DNA from: Dendrobates tinctorius | Taxonomy: Eukaryota | DNA length: 64,000 nucleotides | Reading direction: 5' to 3' | NCBI RefSeq assembly: GCF_039654945.1 | Contig: NW_027361868.1 | Location: 13,888,001-13,952,000, forward strand | Part shown: positions 48,540-61,924 of the stretch, piece after piece | Layout: each line of letters opens with the position of its first letter | How positions within the stretch are numbered: the first letter of the stretch is position 1 | The notes under the pieces: generated by a model | Databases searched by the model: none | Seen by the model: the letters and a program-made list of their open reading frames with translations, nothing else | Told to the model about the DNA's origin: nothing | Translations under genes and position numbers: made by a program

Positions 48540-49780
48540 CTACTTAGTGTTGTAAGAGTTAAGCTGATAATTTATGTATCTAGAGCAAAGTATATTTCAA
48601 TTGCTCTCACCAATGCAAACACTGGATCGTGTGCATCAGTAAAAATGGCACAAACCCGGAAAAAAATATTACTCCTCGTCCAATGTGCTCTTGAATCATA
48701 TATATGATTGCACTGCATTGCTTTATAACAGTGATCAAAGTGAAAAAAGTCCAATAGGGGAACTAAGTAAAACAAAAAAAAAAATTGTAAAAATATTAAA
48801 AAAAAACAAAACCACAAAATAATTGTAAGGAAAATAAAAATATATTCTACCCATAAATAAGTACTTTTATGTAAAAAAAAAAAAAAAAGTGCACATATTT
48901 GGTATTGCTGCATTTGGAACTACCCAACCTATAAAACTGGCACATTAGTAACCCCTTCAGTGAACACCGTAAGAAAAGTAAATACAAATTGAGGCAAAAA
49001 AAATGCTTTATCATACCGTCAAACAAAAAGGAATAAAATGTGATCAGAAAAACAAATGCAAATAAAAATGGTATCACTGAAAATGTCATCTTGTCTCATA
49101 AAAAACAAGTCACCACACATCTCCATCAGTGGAAAAATAAAGCTCTCAGAATTCAGCGATGCAAAAATAATAATTTTTTTCTATAAAATAGTTTTTATTG
49201 TGCAAAAGCACCAAAATAAAAAATAAGATATAAAAGTGGCATTGCTGTAATCGTATTGACCCAAAGAATAAATCTGCCTTATTAATTTTACCACGTGGAT
49301 GGTGGTAAAAAAAAAAAATCCTAAATTGCGGCCTTTTGTTTATTCTGCCTCACAAAAATTGCAATAGAAAGCAATAAAAAAGTCATGTGCCCAAAAATGG
49401 TACCAATAAAAACATCAACTCATCCCTCAAAATACAAGCCCTCACATGACTGTTGACAAAAATATGGAAAAATTATAGCTTTCAAAATATGGCTGTGTGA
49501 CAGCAGCCAAACAGAAAAAACTGGTATCGCCGTTATCACACCTAACAGAAGAATAAAGTCATCTAATCATTTATACTGCACGAGGAACAGCGTAAAAATA
49601 AATAAAACCAATATTTGACCTGCTGTTGATTTGTTCATTCTGCCTCCCAAAGATCGCAGTAAGGCTTGGCTCACATTTATCCTGCACTTCACACTGACTG
49701 CTTACACTGGGGTTTCCATGTACAATAAATCTCTGAAATATGTGATTCAGACAGAGCCCCTGGCGAAAGATTCCCTATAA
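48540..49780. mobile_element. AT-rich fragment of a large non-autonomous DNA element; related pieces at ~3275-3760, ~14050-14530 and ~58230-59500
   Basis: Shared A-rich motifs among these regions and TTAA-CC(C/A)CTT / AAGGGGTT(G)AA-type ends on some pieces; boundaries uncertain. Confidence 0.4.
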
Positions 49781-49986
49781 TATCAAATATCAATATCAAA
49801 GTTGAATGTGAAGAGAAATAAAGGGCCTGTAAAAGTAAAATGGTACAACATTTTTAAATTAAGCCCTATTACAAAAATGATTTACGTAAAAAGAAAAAAA
49901 ATACTCTCCAAAGGAGACAACCCCTTTAAAAGTCCCTATTTTGCCAACAATAAAGTTTAAAAATTATAAAGAGATGAGTAAAAATA

Positions 49987-51545
49987 CACTGCTCAAAAAA
50001 ATAAAGGGAACACTAAGATACCACATAGTAGATATCACTGAATGAATATCGTGGCTGCAAATCTTTATTCATTACATAGTGGCATGCGTTGAGAACAAGG
50101 AAACATAAAAATTATCAATGTAAATCAAAATTGATATCCCATGGAGGTCTGGATTTGGAACGATACTCAAAATCAAAGTGTAAAATCAAATTACAGGCTG
50201 ACCCAACTTCAGAGGAAATGCCTTAAGACAAGAAAATGATGCTCAGTATTGTGTGTGGCCTCCAGGTGCTTGTATGACCTCCTTACTGTACAATGCCTGG
50301 GCATGGTACTGAGGCGGCGGATAGTCTCCTGAGAGATCTCCCAGACCTGGACTAAAGCATCTGCCAACTCCTGGACAGTCTGTGGTGCAATGTGACATTG
50401 GTGGATGGAGCGAGAAATGATGTCCCAGATGTGCTCAGTTGGATTCAGGTCTGGGGAATGGGCAGGACAGTCCATAGCTTCAATGCCTTCATCTTGCAGG
50501 AACTGCTGACACACTCCAGCCACATGAGGTCTGGCATTGCCCTGCATTAGGAGGAACCCAGGGCCATCCGCACCAGTATATGGTCTCACAAGGGGTCTGA
50601 GGATCTCATCTCGGTATCTAATGGCAGATTGCAGTCAGGCTACCTCTGGCGAGCACATGGAGGGCTGTGCGGCCCTCCAAGGAAATGCCACCACACACTA
50701 TTACTGACCCACTGCCAAACCGGTCATGCTGAAGGATGGTTCAGGCAGCAGATCGCTCTCCACGGTGTCTCCAGACTCTGACACGACTATCATCTGCTCA
50801 GTGTGAACCTGCTTTCACCTGTGAAGAGCACAGGATGCCACTGGTGAATTTGCCAGTCCTGGTGTTCAGTGGCAAATGCCAAGCGTCCTGCACGGTGTTA
50901 GGCTGTGAGCACAACCCCCATCTGTGGATGTCGGGAACTCAGACCATCCTCACGGAGTCAGTTTCTAACCGCTTGTGCAGACACATGCACATTTGTGACC
51001 TGCTGGTGGTCATTTTGCAGGGCTCTGGCAGTGCTCCTCCTGTTTCTCCTTGAACAAAGGCTGAGGTAGCGATCTTGTTGCCCTCCTACGGCCCCCTCCA
51101 TGTCTCCTGGTGTACTGGCCTGTCTCCTGGTAACGCCTCCAGCCTCTGGACACTAGGCTGACAGACACAGCAAACCTTCTTGCCACAGCTCACATTGATG
51201 TGCCATCCTGGATGAGCTGCACTACCTGAGCCACTTGTGTGGGTTGTAGAGTCCGTCTCATGCTGCCACGAGTGTGAAAGCACAACCAACATTCAAAAGT
51301 GACAGCCAGAAAGCATTTGTACTGAGATGTGGTCTGTGGTCCCCACCTGCAGAACCACTCCTTTATGGAGGGTGTCTTGATAATTGCCAATAATTTCCAT
51401 CTGTTTTCTATTCCATTTGCACAACAGCATGTGAAATTGTCAATCAGTGTTGCTTCCCAAGTGGACAGTTTGATTTCACAGAAGTTTGATGTACTTGGAG
51501 TTATATTCTGTTGTTTAAGTGTTCCCTTTATTTTTTTGGGCAATG
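49987..51545 (-). mobile_element. Tc1-like DNA transposon with a decayed DD34E transposase
   Basis: TIRs CACTGCTCAAAAAAATAAAGGGAACACT ... AGTGTTCCCTTTATTTTTTTGGGCAATG with TA TSD; peptides [23 protein letters not shown] and FLLMQGNARPH...SPDLNPTEHIWD in different frames. Confidence 0.93.
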
Positions 51546-52929
51546 TATATTTATTCACTATAACACAATTAAGAAAGAAAAATCCAAAAATTTAATTCAG
51601 GGAGAACATTTTCTGTGACTCGATCTTGTATACACTCTTCATTTTATCGTTTGATTCTAATTCCTTCCAGTCCTGAATTTACTTCTGAGTAGGATGAATA
51701 CTTTGATGATAATTCAATCCAGTTTCTGAAAAGAGCTTCCTACGATCTCGCCTTATTTACTCTTCATTTGGAGGCAGAAAAGTCAATTTAGTTTCAGATG
51801 AAAAGAGCAATTATCGCTCGTGTCATTTCTGCAGTCATAGCCTGTAACGCAGTCCATATTTTACTACATAATAGCAGCATATTTAGAGGAGCTCACAGGT
51901 GAATGACCGTATCGGTGTACATAAGGACCATACCATAGTGCACACAGTACAACTTAAAAGGTTATTAAAGGAGCTTAAATTGGCAAATTTTGCAATTTAT
52001 TAATACTGTATAGTTCTCATTTGAAAGGTACTCTGATTTACATCTACAAGCTCTAGTCCTAGGGCCGGGCAGGTCATCTTCCGCCAAACGTGTTCCACGG
52101 GCATTGTTACAGAGCTGTGAGTGCAGGGGGCTAACTGTTTATTTCGATAGCTAAGCCACCATCCTTTTTTGTCTATACATCGACTGTGACATAGAAGGTG
52201 TCTGGCTTAGGTAAAGAGGTTGTCCACTTGGACAACCCCTTATTGATCTAAATGTTTGGCCTCGATACCGGTAAAGTAAAAAAAGTATACTCCCCTCCCG
52301 TGCTGGTGCTGTTTCAGCGGTGTCGCCACTCGCTCTCCCCGGGGATCTCGTGCAGTTGTTGTGACATGTGACCCCGGTGCCGAATCAGCCTATTGACTTG
52401 CGTTGATGATTTTGAGCCTACCCTCAGATCAAAAATCTGACATGTCCAGCGATTTTCTGCTGACCCCTTTGCCTGTGAAAAATCATGGACATGTGAATGG
52501 CCCCATAGACTAGACTACCACAGGTACGAGTGCTATCCATGAAAAACAGATATCACATGTAGGCAAAAAACAAAGGTCTGAATGAGCCCTAATACTGACA
52601 TCAACCCACAGACGAATATTCTTAATTTATTTTATCTTTTTCGCCTACGTGTTAATGTCACTATTTACAGGGTGCTTTTTTACGCTATTTTTCTACCGTG
52701 CATGGTTTTTCTATCTTGACCAATGTCCCTGTTGCCACTACACACCACTAGCAATTTTTTTTTCTTTTCTTATTCTCTTGTCATCCCTTTTAGGCTTTGA
52801 AACATTATTACTTACCCATTCTTCAAATATATTTGGAATTGTATTACATGATTGGGCGCATTTTTTTTTTATTTTTATGTGTGTAAGCAGGTACAGGAAT
52901 GCAGCAACGCAGGGATGGCAGAACAATGC

Positions 52930-53631
52930 TGTATAGCAATGGTATTTAATTTTTAACAAAAAGAATGGCAATGGTCTCCTAGCAGGGAGTTAGTAAACAA
53001 GGGAAGTAAAGGGTTAACGCGACAGTCTGGTATTTAAACAGCACTTATCGTAGTCTTCTCTGATCCTCATCCACACCCTCCATAGTATCGGCACGGTGTC
53101 TTCAGGTGAAATCCACAAATCACGGTCAAACTTCTGGCAGCAACAGGCGGTCACCGGTTTTGCCTGCTGAGCCCCTAGTACATAAATTTGCGCAGCAAAA
53201 GTGGGGAGCGCTGCAGGAGTCTCTGTCCAATATGGGTGCTGCTGCGCTTTTTTCAATAATGTGGAACACACCTCAGGGTCCGGCACGTGGCACCTGCTCC
53301 TCCACGCGAACACTGCACTCTGTTTAGCCGGGCGCACGGCGCTCTGCACACTCACTGACTTACTGGAGCATTCACATAAGCCCTGTTGAGGCACGACTCC
53401 GCGCTATCTCTCACGCTGTGGAGCGTGCCGCACATCTGCTCCCACTGCTGGCGAGAAATCTCTGTCTCTTTCCCGCGCTTCTTGCTCACTGCCCAGCCTA
53501 GCCACGCCCCCTCTCCCCAGGTCATGGGACCTGTCCGTCCGGTTCCCCATTCTTTCTCCCTGGCAACACAGCCTTGACAGTTCCTGACCCAGTATGATGC
53601 AGGTACCCGCAGCCTAGTCTTCTTCCTTACA
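52930..53631 (-). mobile_element. Putative solo LTR
   Basis: TGTA...TACA termini; GC-rich island in AT-rich flanks; ATTAAA near the minus-strand 3' end; TSD imperfect. Confidence 0.4.
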
Positions 53632-54129
53632 TATGTTTCAAACTTCATATCTGTACCACTTATTTTGGTTTGAAGACGTGGTCTATATTTGCTCATTATC
53701 TTGGGCTAAGATATGCTATCATATACACCATGGCTGTTTTTAATTTTTTTTAAATCACTGTGCTGTATTCTTTGTGTTTTCATAATAAAGTTTCATTTTT
53801 TGGGGATGTGCAGTCCTCCTTTTCCACATACTTTTTGCTTTCCATTGCTTGATTTTTATATGCTTGACAGGGACCACATACAAATTTATAGTTGTGTCCC
53901 CCTCATATACCCCCACAATTTCTCAATGTGCCAACAGCAAATCATCCTGAGACCATTTGTGTGGGGTTTTTTCATCCATGAAGGGGGTTCACTCAATATT
54001 TTCCATGGCCATGGTTACAGAATTAAATTTAAACATCCTCCAAGACTAATTACTCCCAATGATCCAGAAGCAATTTGGCAATAACTAATGATGAGCAAAC
54101 GTACTCAGATAAGGTGTTACCTGAGCACT

Positions 54130-57100
54130 TGTAAGATGCCCAAGCGAGGTAGTCGTGGGCGAGCTTCTGTTCCCACTCGCTTTGGCATCCTAGAGACATC
54201 TCGTCCTGGTGTGCTGCTGCGTGTGAGGTGCCTGAGTACAGGAATCCTCCTTCTGAGTGTCATGGTCACGTGTGTCAGGACGCAGATGATACCGCAAGGC
54301 GGACCCATAACACACGTGACCCTGGATACACCGCCTCCAGTGGGGCGCATTTAAATAATAAAACGTGCAGGTGGATACGCCGCCTCCACCTGGCGAATTT
54401 ACGTATTACACGTTATACAATAATCAAATAATAAAGGTGGAACCTGGGTAACTTTAACAATGGTGGGCCCTGCGATAGGGAATGGGGACATGGAGACCTC
54501 CTAAGCTCCCCTGAGCCAGTGTCCCTGCACTCCTAACATTCCCTATACAGGCTCCGCACCTGTCGCCGCACGCGAACCTTAACCCCTTGCTCGCCCTGAC
54601 CCTAAACCCTCACTAGGGAATGGGTCGGTGCGGAGACTAATCCCACCACTGCACTAATAACACACATGAGGAAAGAGACAATACAGGGGGAACACCACTT
54701 AGCTTTGCTCTGTTGCGTGTGCTCCTAGCAACAGAGCCCACCACCTGCGTGCATCTTCTCCTCCACCTGGATCCATCACCTTAGTGCAGCCTTGGAGCAG
54801 AGTCTACCACCAGCTGCCGCTGCCCAGAAACAGAGTCCCCAAGATGAGCCCAGCTTCTGCCACGAAGTTGAGCATGCTTGAGTCCAGCTCAGCAGCCAAG
54901 TCCCACATGGTGAGTGCCACTCTCCATAGTCGCCACTCCACCAGTCCATGCAGACACTTCCCACCGACACCATCACTGCAACCCCACCACGCCATGCCAG
55001 CCCTTCGTCCAGACACCATAGCTGAAACACATCCCCCTGGCTAAGCAGCGCAGGACTCCTCTCCAGCTCCATCCTTCCACCAGGCTCTCCAACTCAGAGT
55101 GAACACAATCTCACAATATCACAGGCAGTGATTGCACACCCCTAGCACACCTTTATAGGGTGTCACACCTGATACATGATTAAGTGCACAAAAACCTAAA
55201 GTGCAATACCACAACCACCACCGGGGACAGTCAAAACACCTTTGAACTTAACCAAAGTAAAAAAAGTTCACTTGGTGCTTTTGATACCGCCAGATCCAAC
55301 ACTGGATCATGACAGTACCCCCTCCTTAATGAGGGGCCTCTGGACCCTCAAGACCACCCCTCATTAGGGAAACACCTACAGCGGGGACGCCCAGATCCTG
55401 AGTTCACCCCACCATTACCTGACATTTCAGGTTTATGACAAACGCACCGCTGGCATTGGCAATAAAGTTTATTTTGGAGGCACCACTCATCTCCACAGCG
55501 CCGACCTGGGGAACGAGTTTATGTATGTGTATGTTTGTTTGTTATGAGCTGATCAGGCTCCACAACACACTTCCACAAGATGTTCTTTGGTGGCACCATA
55601 CACGCTTGTTCACACACAGGTCCGGACCTGAACGTTTATTGCATACATTCGTTTGTCATAATTGGTGAACTCATTCTGGACTCGACAACAGAGGCATCCT
55701 CCTGTGTCACCACACTCACACCCCCGCTATTCACCAAGGGACACCACCCTCCAACCCTTTCACCATGAGGACTGCGCCTCCTAGGGTTGGTTAATGGCGA
55801 GGGTTGAGATTTGTCCCTACTCCCCCGCAGCACACCTGCTGCACACACCAGGAGGAGAAGGGGATGGGAAATGGAGGAAATATACACTCGCTGGTCGCCT
55901 CCACACAACCAGGAGGGCGGCTTCTTCGATGGTATAGAAGACATGGCGTAAACCCCGCGGACTATCACACCAGTCAGCTCACCACAGGGGCGTACCCCTT
56001 CACCTCGGGGAATACCAGGCAGCTCCGTGGGGCACCATTCCTCCCACCTGCCTGGGTGCGCCCACATGCATGAACCAGTCCCGCTCCCCAGCAGCGACTC
56101 TAGGGGGCTTTAGTACCAGAGCCGCAGGAATATGGAGGAAAATATATACACTCACTGGTCGCCTCCACATGACCAGGAGGGGCGGCTTCTTCGATGGTAT
56201 AGAAGATATGGCGTAAACCCCGCGGACTATCACACCAGTCAGCTCACCACAGGGGCGTACCCCTTCACCTCGGGGAATACCAGGCAGCTCCGTGGGGCAC
56301 CATTCCTCCCACCTGCCTGGGTGCGCCCGCATGCATGAACCAGTCCCGCTCCCCAGCAGCGACTCTAGGGGGCTTTAGCCAGACTGCAGCCGCCTTTTTT
56401 TTGATTTTCTGGTTAGCTGAGCAGAGGCCCCAGACCCTGATAACTGCTGCTGCAGCGGCTCTAACACACCATGCCGCTCCCCACTCACCTCAGTGAGGCC
56501 CGGCAGCAATTACTAACAGGTCTCCACATGGCCAAAGCTCACCCTGACCCTAAACCCTCACTAGGGAATGGGTCGGTGCGGAGACTAATCCCACCACTGC
56601 ACTAATAACACACATGAGGAAAGAGACAATACAGGGGAAACACCACTTAGCTTTGCTCTGCTGCGTGCGCTCCCAGCAACAGAGCCCACCACCTGCGTGC
56701 GTCTTCTCCTCCACCCGGATCCATCACCATAACAGGATCCTTCACCTTAGTGCAGCCTTGGAGCAGAGTCCACCACCAGTTGCAGCTGCTTAGAACCAGA
56801 GTCCCAAGGATGAGTTCAGCTTCTGACACGAAGTCGAGCATGCTTGAGTCCAGTTCAGCAGCCAAGTCCCACATGGTGAGTGCCACTCTCCATAGTCGCC
56901 ACTCCACCAGCCCATGCAGACACTTCCCGCTGACACCATCACTGTGACTCTACCACGCCATGCCAGCCCTTCGTCCAGACACCATAGCTGAAACACGTCC
57001 CCCTGGCTAAGCTGCGCAGGACTCCTCACCAGCTCCATCCTTCCTCCAGGCTCTCAAACTCAAAGTGAAAACAAACTCACAATATCACAGGCAGTGATTG

Positions 57101-58053
57101 CACACCCCTAGCACACCTTTATAGGGTGTCACACCTGATACATGATTAAGTGCACAAAAACCTAAAGTTGAATACCACAACCACCACCGGGGACAGTCAA
57201 AACACCTTTGAACTTAACCAAAGTAAAAAAAGTTCACTTGGTGCTTTTAATACCGCCAGATCCAACACTGGATCATGACACTGAGTACAGGGATCCTCTT
57301 CTTCTTCTGAGGATTCCTGTACTCAGAAGGAGGATTCCTGTGCTCAGGCATCTCAAACGCAGCAGCACACCAGGACGAGATGTCTCTTCCTCTTCTGAGT
57401 ACAGGAATCCTCCTTCTTGAATCCAGGAGACACGAAGTTCATAAAAACAACCAAACTTTAACATGATGAACAGCAGTATTTACAGGCAGATGTAGAGGAT
57501 AAGACTCAATGGGTTGTCCTCTTTCCCACAGGTACCGGATACATCTTCAGCCCTGGTTCTCAGTATAGGTAGAATGTCCCTCTCACTGGCTTCTCTAGCC
57601 CTAGGGCGTCTTCTCCACCACTAGCAGTATATTCGGATTGCAATACCTTCAGCCCCACGTAGTCTGAGTCCATCTTTCCCTTTAGCTTCACCGGCTGAGT
57701 TCACACCAGGCCCCCGACTTCCATGTCGTGTTTACTCCAGGCCATTAGAAGGAATCACACGGAAGGGTATTTTCGGCCATCCACTGCCCCAAATATTAGG
57801 CCCAGGCTGTCATTAGCAGCTTCTTGAGTAAGGCCTGCTACTTCACCACTGCTCTCCACACACTGACTGGCCCTGTTACTTCCTGAACGTGTCAGTAACT
57901 CTCTGTTTTCCCCTCCCAAACTGGGCCATCCATAACCCTGTCTAAGCTAACTGCAGCCCCAGTGGGTATCATCCTTTTATAACATAAATAAACTTGAAAT
58001 GCATTTAACTGTGTGTCAGGGAGCAAACCACCAGCCCCCACCATGGCTAGACA
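54130..58053. mobile_element. LTR-like element (TGT...ACA, ~900 bp net) hosting the 54258-57280 insertion
   Basis: TG/CA termini exactly where the MITE is interrupted. Confidence 0.5.
54258..57280 (-). mobile_element. Non-autonomous Gypsy-derived LTR element: full LTR 54258-55313, truncated LTR 56537-57280, non-coding interior with a ~245-bp duplication
   Basis: TGTCATG...CATGACA termini; perfect 5-bp TSD CTGAG; minus-strand polypurine tract AAGGAGGGGGTAC abutting 55313; direct repeat 54590-55313 vs 56537-57280; internal repeat 55871-56113 vs 56132-56379. Confidence 0.88.
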
Positions 58054-58458
58054 TGCTTGGGTGGTAACAGAATATCTATGGCGTGCTTGAATACTATATT
58101 CAAGTCGCCGCGGCTGCATGTCTTGCGGCTTTTCGATAGCCGCAACCCATGCAGGAATTGTGTAACAAACAGGCAATCCCTGCATGAGTTGCGGCTGTGA
58201 AACTGCTGCGAGACATGCAGCCGTGGCAACACAAATGGTTTATGGGCTTGATGACAAAACATACCAAATGTGAATTTTTTAAAAAATTTTTATTGTTTTA
58301 TTTTGAATGGGGCAAAAGGGGGGTGAACTTTTATATTTTTCTAATTTTGTAAAATACTTTTTAAAGCTTTTTTTTTTTTTTTTTATACTTTTTTACCTGC
58401 TTCAATTGTCTTCTTAGGAGGTTTGAAGCTATGATCTTTTGATTGCTTCTGCTACACA

Positions 58459-59138
58459 TGTGGGGAAGGTGACCGGACGAATGGACTTGTCAGAAGGAAG
58501 AAGGGACGGTTTGTGCACTTTAGACAGATGTTAGTAATGACAGAAGGAAAACAGCTGGAAAAAAGTGTAGAATGGGTGCAGTACCCTAGTTTGACCACAA
58601 GATGACAGGGGGGAGTGTGAGTACACGACTTGACAGCAGCTTATGGCTCTAGAAACCGTAAGTTATGGGGGGCGGGGTTACAGGGAACTGGGAAGGTTAT
58701 AAATAGGACAGGAGGGTTCCAGAAAGTTCCAGTCCTGGGAGGAGCTCAGTAGGAGAGGAGTCAGTGAAGGAGTACAGACAGTGTGAGGAGCTCAACTAGG
58801 GGACTGAGGAGAAAAAGAGTCAGGGGGGTGGCCCCGACGCGAAGAACCGCAGAACAGATGAGGCCCCGGGGGTACCAAATTGACGACGACCTCTGACCCG
58901 AGAAGTGCTGGTGGTAGAAAGGCATAGGGCGGCCCCAGTGACAGAACCGTGAGAATCGTCACTACGGGTCTGAATGCGGAGAGCTGTGGAAGTGCTGCGG
59001 TGTATTGCTGAGGTCGTCAGGAGGACGGCCAATAAACTTGGATCTCTTGTACCCGAAAACTGCCTCCATCTCGTGTCTGTGACGTCTGTTAGCGGTAAAC
59101 AAGGGACCACCCCCCAAGCTCTGGGCCACCTTACTACA
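58459..59138 (+). mobile_element. Solo LTR (Gypsy-like)
   Basis: TGTGG...CTACA termini, 4-bp TSD CACA, GC box and TATAAATA at ~58670-58705, AATAAA at 59031. Confidence 0.75.
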
Positions 59139-60786
59139 CACACAGCAGGGCTGAAACCCTGGTATGTGTAGCAAAAATCATCATCTGCTATGTATGGAGG
59201 CCACAGGGCAGCGCTCATAGCAGATTTGCAGTGACAAGCACCGGGGTCCCCCGGTTGTCTTGCCAACACATCAGCGCCTGACAATCATGTGACAGGGGCA
59301 TTGATTAGCGTGGTAACTCGCTTCCGGAACGCTCATGTTAAATGCGGATGTCATAGATTGCGCCTAAGGCTGTTAGAGCACATGACAGCTGATCAGATCA
59401 GCAGTGATGTGTCGGAAAAGATGCGGGCTCAGCACTGGAGCCCGCATCAAAGGGAGAGACACGATCTATGACATATTTATATGTCATAGGTCATGAAGGG
59501 GTTGAATTATTCTGAAATATTTTTAAGTATTCATGGAAAAATCTGACTAAAAGATCTAAAAACACTGAAGCAGCAAACTTTGTAAAAATAAAAAAAAATT
59601 GTCAGTCTCAAAATTTTTGTCCATGACTGCAGCTCTCATGAAGAGATATGCGACTGTCTATCGGCTGCTCAGGATACGGAGAGGCTGGATTTCTCTACTC
59701 AGTCCAGAACTATCTATCTTTAGAATTGTGCATGTATCTGTGATGCTGCTGGGCAGGAGAGGAAATCACAAAGTCCAATCAGTCAAATTAATGAATTGTG
59801 ATCGGATTCCCTGAAGACATTGATGAAGGATCCCTCTACCTCAAGGTTTGTTTCCACCTTAACCAGTATGATGCTGAATCTAACATCCAATTCACCGTGA
59901 ATTCCACCAGAAGTTCTGAATTTTGATGAATAGTTTGCCTTTATTTTATTGTAGCTTTTTTCAAGCAGAGGCTCCTCAACTTGTGGCAGCACTAAGTATT
60001 TTTGTGGCTGTGTAACACCACTCATGTCATAATAGGATTGTCACTAAAATTAAAGCATTTGACTAGGGTAGAAGCTTGTTGGTAAAAAAAAAAGGTTGAT
60101 TTCTCAAAGCTTGGTATGGTTTTCTGCCATGTGCACGGAGTCTTAAGGCGCAGTCAGATGGCTGTATAACTCGGAGCGGACTGGCTGGCGGCTCTCCTCA
60201 CCTGAGAGTGACAAGCTTCATGCATTTCTATGCAGCTGTCACGTTTGGCTGGAAAGTGCCGCCGGCCCGTCCAAGCACTGTGTTCCGATCTCGCTCTGAT
60301 TTTTAAAATCATCTGGCTGTGACTTTAGAGGGTCACACAGAATCCCTACTGATACATATTTTTGTCTCTGTAGAAACATATACTTTTCCTTAAAAAAAAA
60401 CCAAACAAACAGTAGGAGTCCATAGACATTTTCTAAAGGCTCGTTCACATGATCGATTACATCCGACAAGCTCTATCCGTGGTTTTTGCAGATAGCACTC
60501 GTATCCATGTTATTCTATGGGATTGTGCTCATGTCAGATTTTCTTCCTCAGACCGAGGGGTCCAAGGAAAATTTGGCAACAGGTTAGGTTAGATTTTGAT
60601 CCAAGTGTCAAATCAAAAATTGGGAACTTAAGTCTATGGGTCCGTGAAAAATATCGGACCGCACTCGGATTACTTTTTTTTTTTTTCCTCTTCATGTCCG
60701 AGAAAAGCTGATGTCACTCTGATCAGAATATTCGGACCATTTTTCTCTGATGGAGAGAAAACGCTCATGTGGTCCTACACTGAGGT

Positions 60787-61410
60787 TGTATTATTGATCT
60801 ACGGATGACTTTATTTTGCCTCCAGAGGGTCACATCTCTGTTTAGGCTAAGCAGAAAGTACAAAGGTAATATCATGCTGCTGCAATGCAGGTAGGTGCAG
60901 GCTCCACTAGATGGCAGGAGAGTGGAAGCAGGATTGCACCTAAACAGAGCTGGCCTGCAGTGCAGTAGTAAGGCTACCACAGGTGGCATCAGAATAGTCA
61001 AACAAGCCGGGTCAAATCCTAGACTGTAGCGCAGTACCAAAGGAATAAGCAAACTCACGGTCAGAGACTAGCCAGGGAATCAGTAACGGTCATTAGCGGA
61101 TAAGACAAAAGACAGAAGCAGGTCAGGATACAAGCCATGTCAGAACACTAAAGGGAAACACTGAGTCAAGACTGGAATAGGGGAAAACAGAGTCACGGGT
61201 TCAGACAGCAAATGGAGCAGGACAAATCAGAGCAATCAGAGTCAGCTACAGCAGCCCTAGGCAAAAACTATAACTGACATCGCCTACAGGAAGCAGCGGC
61301 GATAAATAGCCAACCTGAATCCAGACTGAGGCTGGGAAAGGTTAACTCTTGACATGACCAGACCGGGAAAAAGGGAAACCAGGACTCAAAACCCGGTCTG
61401 GATCATGACA
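60787..61410 (-). mobile_element. Putative solo LTR
   Basis: Ends GGATCATGACA like the LTRs at 55313 and 57280; left boundary uncertain. Confidence 0.45.
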
Positions 61411-61498
61411 GATGGTTCCCGTAGCGACACGTCGCGATGTTTGTTAATTCTCTTCCGGTTTTGCCTGTATTTATACCTGAGCACTTTCATCTTCTGCA

Positions 61499-61542
61499 CA
61501 CCCCCTGAGGAAGGGGTAACCTACGACACACGCGTCGGGGTG
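61499..61542 (+). ncRNA. Degenerate Penelope-type hammerhead motif in a pLTR remnant (~61420-61680)
   Basis: CACCCC-CTGAGGA-aggggtaacctac-GACAC-ACGCGTC-GGGGTG: perfect 6-bp stem I and ACGCGT palindrome, but the GAAA box is mutated. Confidence 0.5.
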
Positions 61543-61924
61543 GGCGGTCTGGCCACGAGAGACCTCATTGTTGCACTCTGCAAGGTATTTACTTTCTGTT
61601 CCTTGTATTCCTTTTCTAATTATTGTTCATATTAATGAAATATTGGTTAATCTAATGTTGTACATGCTAATGAATTATTGGCCAATCTAAGGTATGTATG
61701 TATGTGTATATGTATATATAAATAATATGGCATATGGGATTATTTTTTGAATGTTCCTATATTATGAATTTGCTGTATTGCCTTTGCATTATTTCTTTGC
61801 ATCAATGTGGTCAGACTAGCCCTTTTACTAAAAAAGGAGTATTTATGCTTTGAAAGCTGTTGCTTGGATATAAATAAGAATGGGGATCCACCTGTTTTGG
61901 CATAATTGCAATTTCAGATGCTTT

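Larger units (their letters stand above)
54085..58230. mobile_element. hAT-type MITE split into 54085-54129 and 58054-58230 by nested LTR elements
   Basis: The left piece TAATGATGAGCAAACGTACTCAGATAAGGTGTTACCTGAGCA continues as TGCTTGGGTGGTAACAGA... after 58053; it resembles the MITE at 11285. Confidence 0.6.

Noticed and set aside
55636-56338. Duplicated ORFs inside the LTR element as gag or env
   Set aside because: No retroviral motifs; they are open on both strands and simply reflect the internal duplication.
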